Positions 46,892-55,830 are shown, counted from the first letter of the stretch. The stretch: 64,000 nt of DNA from Patescibacteria group bacterium (GCA_038063535.1 JBBTUV010000003.1:416-64415); one strand, 5' to 3'. The notes: generated by a model not told the origin, from the sequence alone. Translations and numbers: made by a program.

Positions 46892-48079
46892 ATGAATATA
46901 AAGAGTTTTAAAAAATTGAGAATCCCCGAGAAACCAGGCGTGTATTTATTTAAATCTGGAAAGGAAATTCTATATATCGGCAAGGCGACTTCGCTCCGGG
47001 CGCGGACCAGGAGCTATTTTGCGAAGGATCTGATGGAGACCCGCGGGTCGGGTTTGGTCGAGATGCTTACTCGGGCAAAGGGACTTTCCTGGCAGCCGAC
47101 TGAAAGTGTGCTTGAGGCGCTGATCCTAGAGGCTAATCTCATCAAAAAATTCCAGCCAAAATACAACAGCCGCGAGAAGGATGACAAAAGTTTTAATTAT
47201 GTAGTTATCACTAGAGAAAAATTACCCAAGATTATTATCGTACGAGGCAAAAATTTGATTAATTTTAAAGGCTCCGTTTTCGGCCCCTTTATCAATGGGG
47301 GCCAACTGAAAGCGGCACTAAAACTTATACGAAGAATTTTTCCGTTTCTGGATGAGAAGACCAAGAACTACCATGAGTTTTACAAACAGCTCAACTTAGC
47401 TCCCGACTTGGAGAACAGAAAAATGTATTTACAAAACATCAGAAATATACGTTTGTTTTTCCAAGGGAAAAAGAAAAAAATCCTTCGGGGCCTTAAGAAA
47501 GAAATGAAAGAACTTGCAAGAAGTGAAGAATTCGAGAAAGCGGCAGAGATACGCAGGCAAATATTCGCCCTCGAGCACATTAACGATGTGGCGCTCATAA
47601 AAGAAGAGCCTAAAGCGGGGGCGCTGGATTCTCTTTTCCGTATCGAAGCTTATGATGTCGCCCATATCTCTGGGCGGAATATGGTTGGGGTAATGGCGGT
47701 CATTGAGAACGGAATGCCCGCAAAGAGCGAATACAGAAAATTTAAGGTTCGAACGCAGAAAGGAGCAAACGACACCGGCGCGCTTGCGGAAATCGTCGAT
47801 CGGCGTCTCGCGCACCAGGTGTGGCGTTACTCCAATCTGATCGTCGTCGATGGGGGAAGGGCGCAAATAACCGCAGTAGAAAAAGTTCTCGGCAAAGCCG
47901 GAGTAAAAATCCCTGTTCTTGCAGTGGTCAAGGACAAGTTTCACCGGCCGAGGCAGATACTCGGCGATAGGGCTCGAGCCCGTAAATATGAGAAAGAGAT
48001 TATGCTCGCGAACAACGAGGCGCATCGGTTTGCGATCGCATACCACAAAAATTTGAGAGGCCGAGAGTTCCTAAAATGA
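46892..48079 (+). CDS. uvrC: excinuclease ABC subunit C, short form lacking C-terminal HhH domain
   Basis: GIY-YIG (GVYLFKSGKEILYIGKA), UVR domain (MKELARSEEFEKAAEIRRQIFALEHI), RNase H-like endonuclease domain (RIEAYDVAHISG). Ends at 395 aa. Confidence 0.8.
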   Translation: MNIKSFKKLRIPEKPGVYLFKSGKEILYIGKATSLRARTRSYFAKDLMETRGSGLVEMLTRAKGLSWQPTESVLEALILEANLIKKFQPKYNSREKDDKSFNYVVITREKLPKIIIVRGKNLINFKGSVFGPFINGGQLKAALKLIRRIFPFLDEKTKNYHEFYKQLNLAPDLENRKMYLQNIRNIRLFFQGKKKKILRGLKKEMKELARSEEFEKAAEIRRQIFALEHINDVALIKEEPKAGALDSLFRIEAYDVAHISGRNMVGVMAVIENGMPAKSEYRKFKVRTQKGANDTGALAEIVDRRLAHQVWRYSNLIVVDGGRAQITAVEKVLGKAGVKIPVLAVVKDKFHRPRQILGDRARARKYEKEIMLANNEAHRFAIAYHKNLRGREFLK

Positions 48080-48537
48080 AAACCGTAGTTATTCTTCACA
48101 ACATCAGAAGTGCGGAAAATGTCGGGTCAATGTTCCGGACCTGCGATGCGGCGGGAGTGGATAAGATATATCTCACCGGCTATGCCCCTGCGCCCTTGGA
48201 CCGCTTCGGGCGCAAGAGAAAAGATATAGCGAAATCTGCTCTCGGAGCGGAGGAATTTGTAGAGTGGGAATCGAAGAAGAGTTTGCCCGCACTAATTCGC
48301 AAGTTGAAGCAGGAAAATTTCCGAATTGTTGCCATAGAACAAGACAAAAATTCTATTGATTATCGGAAATTGAAGTTGCGAGAGAAAAATGCCTTTATCA
48401 TGGGAGCAGAAGTGGCAGGGGTTCCCCAAAATATTCTGAAGCTTTGTGACGTGATTGCCGAAATCCCAATGCATGGCAAAAAAGAGTCCTTGAATGTTTC
48501 CGTCGCGCTCGGGGTCGTTCTTTTCTTTCATCTCTGA
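48076..48537 (+). CDS. SpoU/TrmH family (SPOUT) RNA 2'-O-methyltransferase
   Basis: SPOUT motifs NVGSMFRTCDAAGV and the C-terminal knot region IPMHGKKESLNVSVALGVVLF. Confidence 0.75.
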   Translation: MKTVVILHNIRSAENVGSMFRTCDAAGVDKIYLTGYAPAPLDRFGRKRKDIAKSALGAEEFVEWESKKSLPALIRKLKQENFRIVAIEQDKNSIDYRKLKLREKNAFIMGAEVAGVPQNILKLCDVIAEIPMHGKKESLNVSVALGVVLFFHL

Positions 48538-49430
48538 TGAACAGGGCAGAAGTGGGTGCTGCGGCCGGCGAGGGCGATTTTTTTGACGACGCCGCGGCAG
48601 TTTTTTCTTTGGCATTTTTCGTCCGTTCGCTGGTAGGCCATATGGTGCAGTTGAAATTTACCACGCCGGCCGAGGAGGTCACGATAATCGGACATCGAGT
48701 CTCCGCCCAGATCGATGCCTTTCGAGAGTGTCTCTTTAGTTGCCTTTAAAATTGACTTAAGTTCACCTTCTTTTATTTTTGAAACTTTACGTAGCGGATG
48801 CACCCCAGCCCGCCAGAGAATTTCATCAGAATAAATGTTGCCGATGCCGGCAATCACACTCTGATCCATAAGCACAGACTTTACCTTTCCGTTCAGCTTC
48901 TTGCTCAATCTCTCCTTGAACTTTACCAAAGTAAAGTTTTTGTCCAAGGGTTCCGGGCCGATGCCGTTGAGGTGTTTAGTATCGTGAGCGGTCTCCGTGT
49001 CCATTAGCGTGACTTTCCCGAATTTTCGCGCATCCGAAAACGCTAAATGTTTTTTGCCTGATAGTGAAAATACAACATGGATGAATCTATTGAATGGATC
49101 ACCTAGCGGCCCTTCTTTTTTCGGGACCCACTTCCCATCTCTCACTTCATACCTTCCATATAAAAGATGCCCGGTCATCTTCATATGGATGAGAATGGTT
49201 TTTCCGTTATTTAGGTTAATGAGAATGTTCTTTGCTCGTCGTTCAACTGAAACGATCTTCGCATTTCGGACGGCTCGTCTGAATTTCGGGAAAAATTTAG
49301 GATTAGCGATGTTTCCCGCTTGTCTTTTGTCTTTGGTCGAGAGGTCCGTCCAAACATCGAGGATTTTTTTCCTGACAATATACTTTTTCAATCCCCGCAC
49401 CGTCGTTTCTACCTCTGGCAATTCAGGCAT
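48528..49430 (-). CDS. mutM: formamidopyrimidine-DNA glycosylase (Fpg/MutM)
   Basis: N-terminus MPELPEVETT, H2TH region, C-terminal zinc finger (CQRKNCRGVVKKIALAGRSTHFCPVHQ). Confidence 0.9.
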   Translation of the reverse strand: MPELPEVETTVRGLKKYIVRKKILDVWTDLSTKDKRQAGNIANPKFFPKFRRAVRNAKIVSVERRAKNILINLNNGKTILIHMKMTGHLLYGRYEVRDGKWVPKKEGPLGDPFNRFIHVVFSLSGKKHLAFSDARKFGKVTLMDTETAHDTKHLNGIGPEPLDKNFTLVKFKERLSKKLNGKVKSVLMDQSVIAGIGNIYSDEILWRAGVHPLRKVSKIKEGELKSILKATKETLSKGIDLGGDSMSDYRDLLGRRGKFQLHHMAYQRTDEKCQRKNCRGVVKKIALAGRSTHFCPVHQR

Positions 49431-49431
49431 A

Positions 49432-50004
49432 TTAGTATTTTTTCCGATACAGGAAACTTTCGAGGAATGTAAAAATTAAACTTGCATAGAGAAGAAATTC
49501 GGCGGATTTGAGCCAGGAGGAAGAAGTTGCGAAAATTCCGATGAAAATCATGCCGAAGGCAAAACACTGGATCATCATTTTTACTTTCCCGGCCCAATTG
49601 GCCCCCGGAGTTCTCCCGGTGCGCTTTTTGCTCAAGTAAGCACCCCTAGCGTTCAGAAGTTCCAAAACAATTATCACGGTCATCAATCCCCAACCGAAAT
49701 ATCTTGGGACAAAAATTAGCGCAACCAGCCCGATCAGCCCCCGGTCTGCGACTGCGTCTAAAATTTTTCCAAGGTCAGTCACCTGGCTTCTTTTTCTTGC
49801 CAGAGCGCCGTCTACCGCGTCAGTTAGAGCTGCGATGGTAAAAATGGCTAACCCCCAAACATACGATTCATTTAGTAGCGAATAAAAAATAAAAGGTAAA
49901 GACCAAATTCTCAGCCCGCTTACTTGGTTCGGTGTAATTTTTTTTGGGATTAAACGAAGCAGGGTGATTTCGAGGAAGTTGTCGGAATATTTTTGCAGAT
50001 TCAT
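49432..50004 (-). CDS. CDP-alcohol phosphatidyltransferase family protein (PgsA-like)
   Basis: Motif DAVDGALARKR....G...DAVAD. Polytopic membrane protein. Confidence 0.8.
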   Translation of the reverse strand: MNLQKYSDNFLEITLLRLIPKKITPNQVSGLRIWSLPFIFYSLLNESYVWGLAIFTIAALTDAVDGALARKRSQVTDLGKILDAVADRGLIGLVALIFVPRYFGWGLMTVIIVLELLNARGAYLSKKRTGRTPGANWAGKVKMMIQCFAFGMIFIGIFATSSSWLKSAEFLLYASLIFTFLESFLYRKKY

Positions 50005-50011
50005 ATAAATT

Positions 50012-50566
50012 CTATCTTCCGCCTAGAATTTTGAGCGCTTCTTTTATTTTCGCATTCGTGTCCGAGGCCCCGGAGACTTTTTTGAGAGCTTCGCGGGCTT
50101 CACTCTGCGAATAGCCGAGGGATTTCAGGGCCTCAAGCGCGTCGAGCTCTCCGGCAAGCGACGTTCCTCCCTCGTCAGAGATTTTATCGCGCAGTTCAAC
50201 CACAATCTTCTCCGCGGTTTTTCTGCCGATACCGGAGACCTTAGTCAGATATGCCGTATCGCCGGTAGAAACTGCCTTACGCAAGGTTTCAAGCGTTGCG
50301 ATGCCCAGGATCGCCAGTGCCGATTTCGGCCCGATGCTGGGAACGGAAAGGAGCATCTCAAAAAACTCTAAGTTTTCCCTGTTTTCGAATCCGTATAACT
50401 CAATCGCGTCCTCGCGGACATGGGTGTGCGTCCAAAGAAACGCATCGCCGGCAACCTTGGATATAGTCTCGGGGGTAGCGTTTATTTTGTACCCGACTCC
50501 ACCTGATTCGACAACCAGAAACTTCTCGGTTTTTAGTATGACTTTCCCTCTCAAGCTTCCTATCAT
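50012..50566 (-). CDS. ruvA: Holliday junction DNA helicase RuvA
   Basis: N-terminus MIGSLRGKV, OB domain, two HhH motifs (GIGPKSALAILG; GIGRKTAEKIVVEL), C-terminal domain III. Confidence 0.9.
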   Translation of the reverse strand: MIGSLRGKVILKTEKFLVVESGGVGYKINATPETISKVAGDAFLWTHTHVREDAIELYGFENRENLEFFEMLLSVPSIGPKSALAILGIATLETLRKAVSTGDTAYLTKVSGIGRKTAEKIVVELRDKISDEGGTSLAGELDALEALKSLGYSQSEAREALKKVSGASDTNAKIKEALKILGGR

Positions 50567-50586
50567 AAGTTAACTTTACCATAAGT

Positions 50587-50621
50587 TTGCAATTGAACCA
50601 GCTTTCTGTTAAATTACCCCC
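50587..50621 (+). promoter_or_regulatory. sigma70-like promoter (TTGCAA-N17-TAAATT) positioned for a leaderless rpsT mRNA
   Basis: -10 element ends about 6 nt before the rpsT ATG. No Shine-Dalgarno possible. Coordinates +/-1. Confidence 0.4.
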
Positions 50622-50873
50622 ATGCCAATTACAAAGGGAGCCAAGAAAGCGATCCGCGGTTCTGCTCGCAAGCGCGGGTACAATGAACGCCGGAAGCGCG
50701 CGATGAGGGAGATCATAAAGAAGATCGAGAAACTGGCAAAGACCGATAAAAAAGAAGCGGAAAAACTTCTCGCCTCTGTCTATCAAACTATTGATAAGGC
50801 AGCTAAGGTTGGAGTAATCAAAAAGAACAATGCCGCACGCAAAAAATCCCGCTTAGCAAGGTTAGTTAAGTAG
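50622..50873 (+). CDS. rpsT: 30S ribosomal protein S20
   Basis: Basic helical protein MPITKGAKKAIRGSARKR... with the S20 family signature. Confidence 0.9.
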   Translation: MPITKGAKKAIRGSARKRGYNERRKRAMREIIKKIEKLAKTDKKEAEKLLASVYQTIDKAAKVGVIKKNNAARKKSRLARLVK

Positions 50874-50891
50874 GATTTTTGTTGGCCGTTC

Positions 50892-53800
50892 TTAAGACTG
50901 TGCTACGCGGCTCTCCGGAGATTGTTTGAACAGATGTCGAATGAGTGCGGCGAGGATGAGCAAGAGGATAAGAAGTATCAGCCAGCCGAAGAAGGTCGAG
51001 GGCAGGAAATCGCCGCCGAAGAGAGCGGCCGCTCCGAGAACCGAACCAGCTCCAGTAAATCTGTGGGTAGTATAAGCAACTGCGTCTCCCTGAGTATCGT
51101 TCGGAGTAGTGTAGACGAGATTCGCTACCACCACTATTTGTTCTCCGCTTTCCGTGCTGCGGTTTGCCGAAGCTACCAAGAAGAGATCATCGGTATCCCC
51201 TGGGCGCAAAGTGCCCACATCAAGATTGAGAGAGTTGTCAGCGCTTGAGAAAACTCCCTTGTTCGATCCATCATAGGTCATGGTCTTTGGAAGAAGAACC
51301 CGGAGAACAACATCTCGGAGAATTTGGCTTGAGACGTTCTCCCATGTCACTTGATAGTATCTCTGCTCGCCGGCGGTAATTATTTCCGCTCCGCCGTCGA
51401 TGCTGAGTTTCACAAGTTCCCCTGCTCCGCTCCCGCCGATCAGGCTGGTAGTACGGATGACTGTTGGCGCAGCTGCGATGAACTGAGAGATTTCATTAGT
51501 GATAAAGGAGAGGATTGCGCCGTTTGATCTTCCGTAAGCGTTTTCGGCAACGGCCCGGTAATAATACACCGTTCTCGGAGAAAGCCCACTCGCAACCGCC
51601 GGATGTACCACCGAAGCTTGGGTTCCGACAGAATCCCTTTGAGTAGAGAAGCCCAAGCCCGGTGTCGCACCCCACTCAAACCAAGCAGTCGCTGAAATTC
51701 CCGAGCTATTGAGGATCAGGGAGCTTAGTTGCGCGTTGCCGCTCGTTATGTTTATTGCGCTAGTGGTAATGGCGGTCGGGGCGTTGCCGAAATCTTGATC
51801 TGTGTCGCCGTCCCTGACCCGGATAGTCACCAGGTCGTCATCCGAATCATCATCGTTTTCGCAACGGATGCTGAAGGTGGTATCGCGGGTGAGGGAACCC
51901 GTATTGAACGATCCGTCGGTATCAAGGTCGCGATTTCTCCAGTTCGAGGTGCCGTCCTCGCCTTCGCAGGAATCTGCGTTGTCGGAATTCCAGCGGATAC
52001 GGGTCGAATCTCCGCTATCTATACTTGTGTCATCAGCAGTTAAGTCCACCGAAACGTTTCCTCCACCGTTGTCTGTTCGAATGGTTACCGAGTCGCTGTC
52101 TTCATCGCCGTTGTTATCAAAGCAAGTGATCCGGAAAGTCGTGTCGCGGTCAAGGTCACCGGTGTCTCTGGATCCGTCGGTGCCCAAATCTCTTCCGTTC
52201 CATCCGTTGTCGCCGTCCTCCCCCTCGCAGAAATCTGCATTGTCAGAAGTCCAGCGGACACGAGTGCTGTCACCTTCATCGATGCGTGTGTCGTCGGCGG
52301 AAATATCAACCGAGACGTTTCCGCCGTTGTCTTCGTCTACGTTTATCGTCACCGAATCGGAATCCGAGCTCGAGTTGTTAGAGCAGACGATGCTGAAAGT
52401 TCTCGTTGAAGTGAGATCTCCAGTGAAAAAAGTTCCTGATGGCCCCCTTGTCCCGCTCCAGCCGCCGGTTCCGCCTGATGCCTGGCAAGAGTTTGCATTA
52501 TTTGCCTGCCAATGGACAATCGTAGAGTCTCGAAAGTTGACGTCATCGTCGTCTGCCCAGATGTCTACGCTCACCTGATTGTTTTGCTGATATCGGCAAG
52601 GCAATAGCCCGCCGTAATTCAGAGCTTGGGGGTCTTGGCAAGTTTGCTGTTGCTGCTCTTGTCCCACTTGCACGGTAACTTGCTCGCTCGAAGTTCCTGC
52701 CGAATTTGAACAAGAAAGAGTGAAAGTGGTGGTGGAGAAGAGCGCTCCGGTTGGGAAAGAAGAATAGAGAGATGTGCTCTTTGCACCCGACCATCCGCTT
52801 GACCCACCCGAGCCGGAACATGCTACCGGATTATTAGTCGGGTTCCAGCGAATGACAGTCGAGCCGGCGTAAGGCATGAATGTACTATCCGCACGCAAGT
52901 TCACGATCGGGCGATTGACTTGTTCGTACAGACAAGGTAGGGGTCCTCCAAAATTCAATGCCTGCGGATCTTGGCAAGTTTGCACTTGCTGTTGGCCGGC
53001 TTGGACGGTTACAGATTCTTGATTAGAGGTTCCCGCGGAATTCGTGCAAGTCATTAAGAACGTAGTGGTGTTTGTGAGTGATCCGGTATTGAATGTACCA
53101 TTCGTGGCGCTTCTCGCCCCGCTCCAACCGTTGGTGCCGCCTGAGGCCTGGCAGGAAGTTGGGTTGTTCGTCGGGAACCATCGAATAGTAGTGGAGCCGT
53201 TATACGGAACAAAAGTACGGTCGGCAGAGAGATTGACCACTGGCCGAATTACTTGCTTATACTGACACGGAAGAGGCCCACCGTAGTTTAGAGCTTGCGG
53301 ATCCTGACAAACTTGAGGAGGTGGCGGAGGAGGTGGCGGAGGAGGTGGCGGCTGGTTACCGACTTGAATTGTCACAAAATCCATATCAGATTGTCCAGAA
53401 TTGTTGAAACAAGTAACGGTGAAATTTTGGGAATTGCTAAGCGCTCCGGTAAAGAAACTGCCGGAGGTTTGTCGCAGACCCGCCCAATTATTTGCCCCAC
53501 CGCTTCCCTGGCAGGATGTTGCGTTCGAAGAATTCCAGCGGACGATGGTAGAACCGCCAAAGCTTAAAACCATTTGATCGGCGGTGATATCAACATTGGG
53601 TTGCGCAGGAGGCGGTGGCGGTGGTGGTGGTGGTGGAGGTGGCGGGTTGACTTGGTTTACGAAAACAGAAACGCTTTCACTATCTGAGAGCCCACTTGCA
53701 CTATCAGTGCAGCGGATACTGAAAGTTGTGGTAGAGGCAGGAAAGAAATCCGCGCGGCCGGTCAGAGGTTTTCCGCCCGGCCAAATGCCCATTCCGCCTG

Positions 53801-54338
53801 AGCCGTTGCAGTTAAGAGTCGAAGAATTTAGGGGTTGTGCGGTCCAGGTAATGCTGGCAACCTGGCCGTTTTGGATTGTAGTAGAACCTCCTTGACCATT
53901 GGCAAAGATATCGACACTAACCTGTGGAGGCGGCGGTGGTGGAGGAGGAGGAGGTGGAGGAGGAGGAGGTGGGGGCGGAGTATCACAAACAGATGTTTTG
54001 AAAGAGATGGTATTTCCTGTCGATTTACCGGAGCTATTTTGCGCCATGGCTCGGTAATAGTAGGTTGTATTTTGGCTCAAGTTAGAAATTTGGGCGCTGA
54101 AATTTAAAGGGGAAGTAAATGTTTGAGGCGAAGTCGCGTACCCGAGAGACTTAGTCGGCCCCCATTCGAACCACACTGCGGTGGCTTTGCCGTTCGGGTC
54201 GACGAATCCGCTCAGAGTCGCGCTATTACATGTCGGAACCGCATATTGCGCGGAGACTGGAGCCTCGCTCGCGAAAAGACTCAGGGCCATTACTAAACCT
54301 GTGATTAAAACAATCGCTGATTTTATTTTTCTGTTCAT
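50892..54338 (-). CDS. giant cell-surface repeat protein (1148 aa): signal peptide, FN3-like ends, polyproline linkers, two families of about 100-aa tandem repeats, C-terminal TM anchor
   Basis: N-terminal signal peptide. Three poly-Pro tracts (up to about 20 P). Four QDPQALN(Y/F)GGPLPC...-type repeats. Two Asp-rich GGNVSVD..ADDT.ID.GDSTR.RW.SDNAD.CEGEDG repeats. C-terminal hydrophobic anchor LILLILLLILAALI. Confidence 0.75.
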   Translation of the reverse strand: MNRKIKSAIVLITGLVMALSLFASEAPVSAQYAVPTCNSATLSGFVDPNGKATAVWFEWGPTKSLGYATSPQTFTSPLNFSAQISNLSQNTTYYYRAMAQNSSGKSTGNTISFKTSVCDTPPPPPPPPPPPPPPPPPPQVSVDIFANGQGGSTTIQNGQVASITWTAQPLNSSTLNCNGSGGMGIWPGGKPLTGRADFFPASTTTFSIRCTDSASGLSDSESVSVFVNQVNPPPPPPPPPPPPPAQPNVDITADQMVLSFGGSTIVRWNSSNATSCQGSGGANNWAGLRQTSGSFFTGALSNSQNFTVTCFNNSGQSDMDFVTIQVGNQPPPPPPPPPPPPQVCQDPQALNYGGPLPCQYKQVIRPVVNLSADRTFVPYNGSTTIRWFPTNNPTSCQASGGTNGWSGARSATNGTFNTGSLTNTTTFLMTCTNSAGTSNQESVTVQAGQQQVQTCQDPQALNFGGPLPCLYEQVNRPIVNLRADSTFMPYAGSTVIRWNPTNNPVACSGSGGSSGWSGAKSTSLYSSFPTGALFSTTTFTLSCSNSAGTSSEQVTVQVGQEQQQQTCQDPQALNYGGLLPCRYQQNNQVSVDIWADDDDVNFRDSTIVHWQANNANSCQASGGTGGWSGTRGPSGTFFTGDLTSTRTFSIVCSNNSSSDSDSVTINVDEDNGGNVSVDISADDTRIDEGDSTRVRWTSDNADFCEGEDGDNGWNGRDLGTDGSRDTGDLDRDTTFRITCFDNNGDEDSDSVTIRTDNGGGNVSVDLTADDTSIDSGDSTRIRWNSDNADSCEGEDGTSNWRNRDLDTDGSFNTGSLTRDTTFSIRCENDDDSDDDLVTIRVRDGDTDQDFGNAPTAITTSAINITSGNAQLSSLILNSSGISATAWFEWGATPGLGFSTQRDSVGTQASVVHPAVASGLSPRTVYYYRAVAENAYGRSNGAILSFITNEISQFIAAAPTVIRTTSLIGGSGAGELVKLSIDGGAEIITAGEQRYYQVTWENVSSQILRDVVLRVLLPKTMTYDGSNKGVFSSADNSLNLDVGTLRPGDTDDLFLVASANRSTESGEQIVVVANLVYTTPNDTQGDAVAYTTHRFTGAGSVLGAAALFGGDFLPSTFFGWLILLILLLILAALIRHLFKQSPESRVAQS
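53314..53980 (-). repeat. simple-sequence coding repeats (GGNGGNGGN on plus strand = poly-Pro CCN codons) and tandem domain-repeat DNA within the giant surface protein gene
   Basis: Runs such as GGAGGTGGCGGAGGAGGTGGCGG at about 53314-53353, 53607-53647 and 53927-53980. Confidence 0.7.
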
Positions 54339-54451
54339 ATTTTTTTATTAAGTAAAAATTTTGTTTTTACTTTCCGAAATCATGAACTTCCTGATTCATA
54401 ACTTTGGAAGGTAGGGGAGGAATGATCACTCCCCAAACTCACTTCTTACTG

Positions 54452-55105
54452 TCAGCCGCCGTTGGGGGGGATGGTGGCGATGAAAGCCTTGGCATCGTTT
54501 CCGAGGGCTTTGATCCCTCGGTAGCCACCGTAGCCGACAGCGGCAAATCCCACGAGGCATGCTCCGAATTGGAGCGGCCCTCTAGTACACCAGGCGCCTC
54601 CTCCACCTTTCGGCACCGAGACCATTTGAAGGTTGGGCCGTTGCGTGGAATCGCGCACTGTCACGTCAACCTTGATGCCGATCTGGCCGGTAAAGACGTG
54701 AGTGGTGGTGTCGGAGCGGCGTCCAATGACTGCGATTGGCGGAGGAGCCGGAATTTGTTCCTGCGGTGCCGGGGTTTCGGGAATCACGAATCCCTTGGCG
54801 CCGTTCCCGCAATCCCAGCGTCTCGTAATGGTGGACCCCCTTGCCACCATTTTCGTACCGGTTGCTTGGGCGACGATTGCCCAGCGGCCGCCGGCAATCT
54901 CCATCTCTCCGCACTGACGTTGCTCCAGCGTGACGATGCGTTCCCCTTCCTTAAGCGGCTTATGGCCGCTGAGGAAGGAGGGAGTGTAAACTTCCGCAGA
55001 AGCCTCGCAGGCTTCCATAGAAGTGAACACCCCAGGGATCTGTTGTGCCTCGGCCCGGATAGAAACCAGGGCGAGCGCAACGAGCGCCAGGGTATTTCGC
55101 TTCAT
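54452..55105 (-). CDS. secreted hypothetical protein in GC-rich islet
   Basis: Classic signal peptide (MKRNTLALVALALVSIRAEA). Local GC clearly higher than surroundings. The overlapping plus-strand ORF was rejected. Confidence 0.55.
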   Translation of the reverse strand: MKRNTLALVALALVSIRAEAQQIPGVFTSMEACEASAEVYTPSFLSGHKPLKEGERIVTLEQRQCGEMEIAGGRWAIVAQATGTKMVARGSTITRRWDCGNGAKGFVIPETPAPQEQIPAPPPIAVIGRRSDTTTHVFTGQIGIKVDVTVRDSTQRPNLQMVSVPKGGGGAWCTRGPLQFGACLVGFAAVGYGGYRGIKALGNDAKAFIATIPPNGG

Positions 55106-55163
55106 AGTAGGCCCCTCCCAGGGCCAAAAACATTAAAAGTTGTAAGATCAAAAACCTAGCGGA

Positions 55164-55191
55164 ATCATATCATATTATGGAAAAAAGTCAA
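55164..55191 (-). promoter_or_regulatory. near-consensus sigma70 promoter TTGACT-N16-TATGAT driving the secreted protein gene
   Basis: On the minus strand, -35 TTGACT (55191-55186), 16-nt spacer, -10 TATGAT (55169-55164). Followed by a GGCCC/GGGCC hairpin in the roughly 55-nt leader. Confidence 0.45.
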
Positions 55192-55220
55192 TAGAAAAGT
55201 GTTAACAGAAAGTCACCTTG

Positions 55221-55292
55221 TGACCCCATCAGGAATCGAACCTGAATTACAAGATCCGCAATCTTGCGTTCTATCCGTTGAACTATGGGGCC
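55221..55292 (-). tRNA. tRNA-Arg (anticodon GCG)
   Basis: Reverse complement folds as tRNA. Acceptor GGCCCCA/UGGGGUC, D-arm GUUCAACGGAUAGAAC, anticodon stem CAAGA/UCUUG with loop UUGCGGA, T-loop UUCGAUU. Confidence 0.7.
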
Positions 55293-55301
55293 GGTTTAGT
55301 C

Positions 55302-55784
55302 CTAGAACCCGAGCCTCTCCATTATTTTCTCCGAGAGATGCTCGCGCATCTCTTCTTCAGGAATTTCCTTTGCAAGAAAGACATTCCGTACCGCATAGGC
55401 ATGTGCTTCGTCGATCGGCACGGAAAGTATCGGCATAAAAAACCGCTCGGTGTGAATGAAAAGAAGAGGCTTTACGGAAGCTCCGTCGTGCGCTCCGCTC
55501 TGCACCCAGAAGGATTTTATACTTTCATATGTGTAAAGTCGAGTTTTGATCCTAAGGCCGCGGTTGTCGAGCTGGTAGGAGATTGTCTCCGGCGGGCGCA
55601 CGGAGAAAGTCCAAAGAAGTGCTCCGCCCAGCACGATCAGCGCCGCGAAAAAGTAATTCGCAAATATTATCGAAGCGAGCGCGGCGGTGACGATAATGAC
55701 TCCGAGCGCCCAGAACCAGTCTTTGCTCCTTTCCTTCTGTTCGTACTCCGGTGCAGCCCACTCTATTTTCTCCGGTCCGTCCAT
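55302..55784 (-). CDS. hypothetical 2-TM membrane protein
   Basis: ORF with two adjacent hydrophobic helices near the N-terminus. Stop is 10 nt from tRNA-Arg. Confidence 0.5.
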   Translation of the reverse strand: MDGPEKIEWAAPEYEQKERSKDWFWALGVIIVTAALASIIFANYFFAALIVLGGALLWTFSVRPPETISYQLDNRGLRIKTRLYTYESIKSFWVQSGAHDGASVKPLLFIHTERFFMPILSVPIDEAHAYAVRNVFLAKEIPEEEMREHLSEKIMERLGF

Positions 55785-55806
55785 CCTTTAATTATATCAG
55801 ATTTTC

Positions 55807-55815
55807 TGCTACAAT
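55807..55815 (+). promoter_or_regulatory. extended -10 element TGcTACAAT about 15 nt upstream of tRNA-Ser
   Basis: TGnTACAAT at 55807-55815. Candidate promoter for the tRNA-Ser-ruvX-pilMNO transcript. Confidence 0.35.
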
Positions 55816-55830
55816 CCCCGTGTTTATAAG

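Noticed and set aside
51729-53895. Multiple plus-strand ORFs (104-258 aa) inside the giant surface-protein gene
   Set aside because: They are antisense shadow ORFs created by repeat-rich, stop-poor sequence (poly-Gly/Arg/Ser translations). The minus-strand 1148-aa ORF is continuous and carries signal peptide and anchor.
54404-55159. 251-aa plus-strand ORF overlapping the minus-strand secreted-protein gene
   Set aside because: Low-complexity Gly/Ser/Arg-rich translation with no signal or domains. It is a typical GC-rich shadow frame. The minus-strand ORF has a textbook signal peptide and its own promoter.
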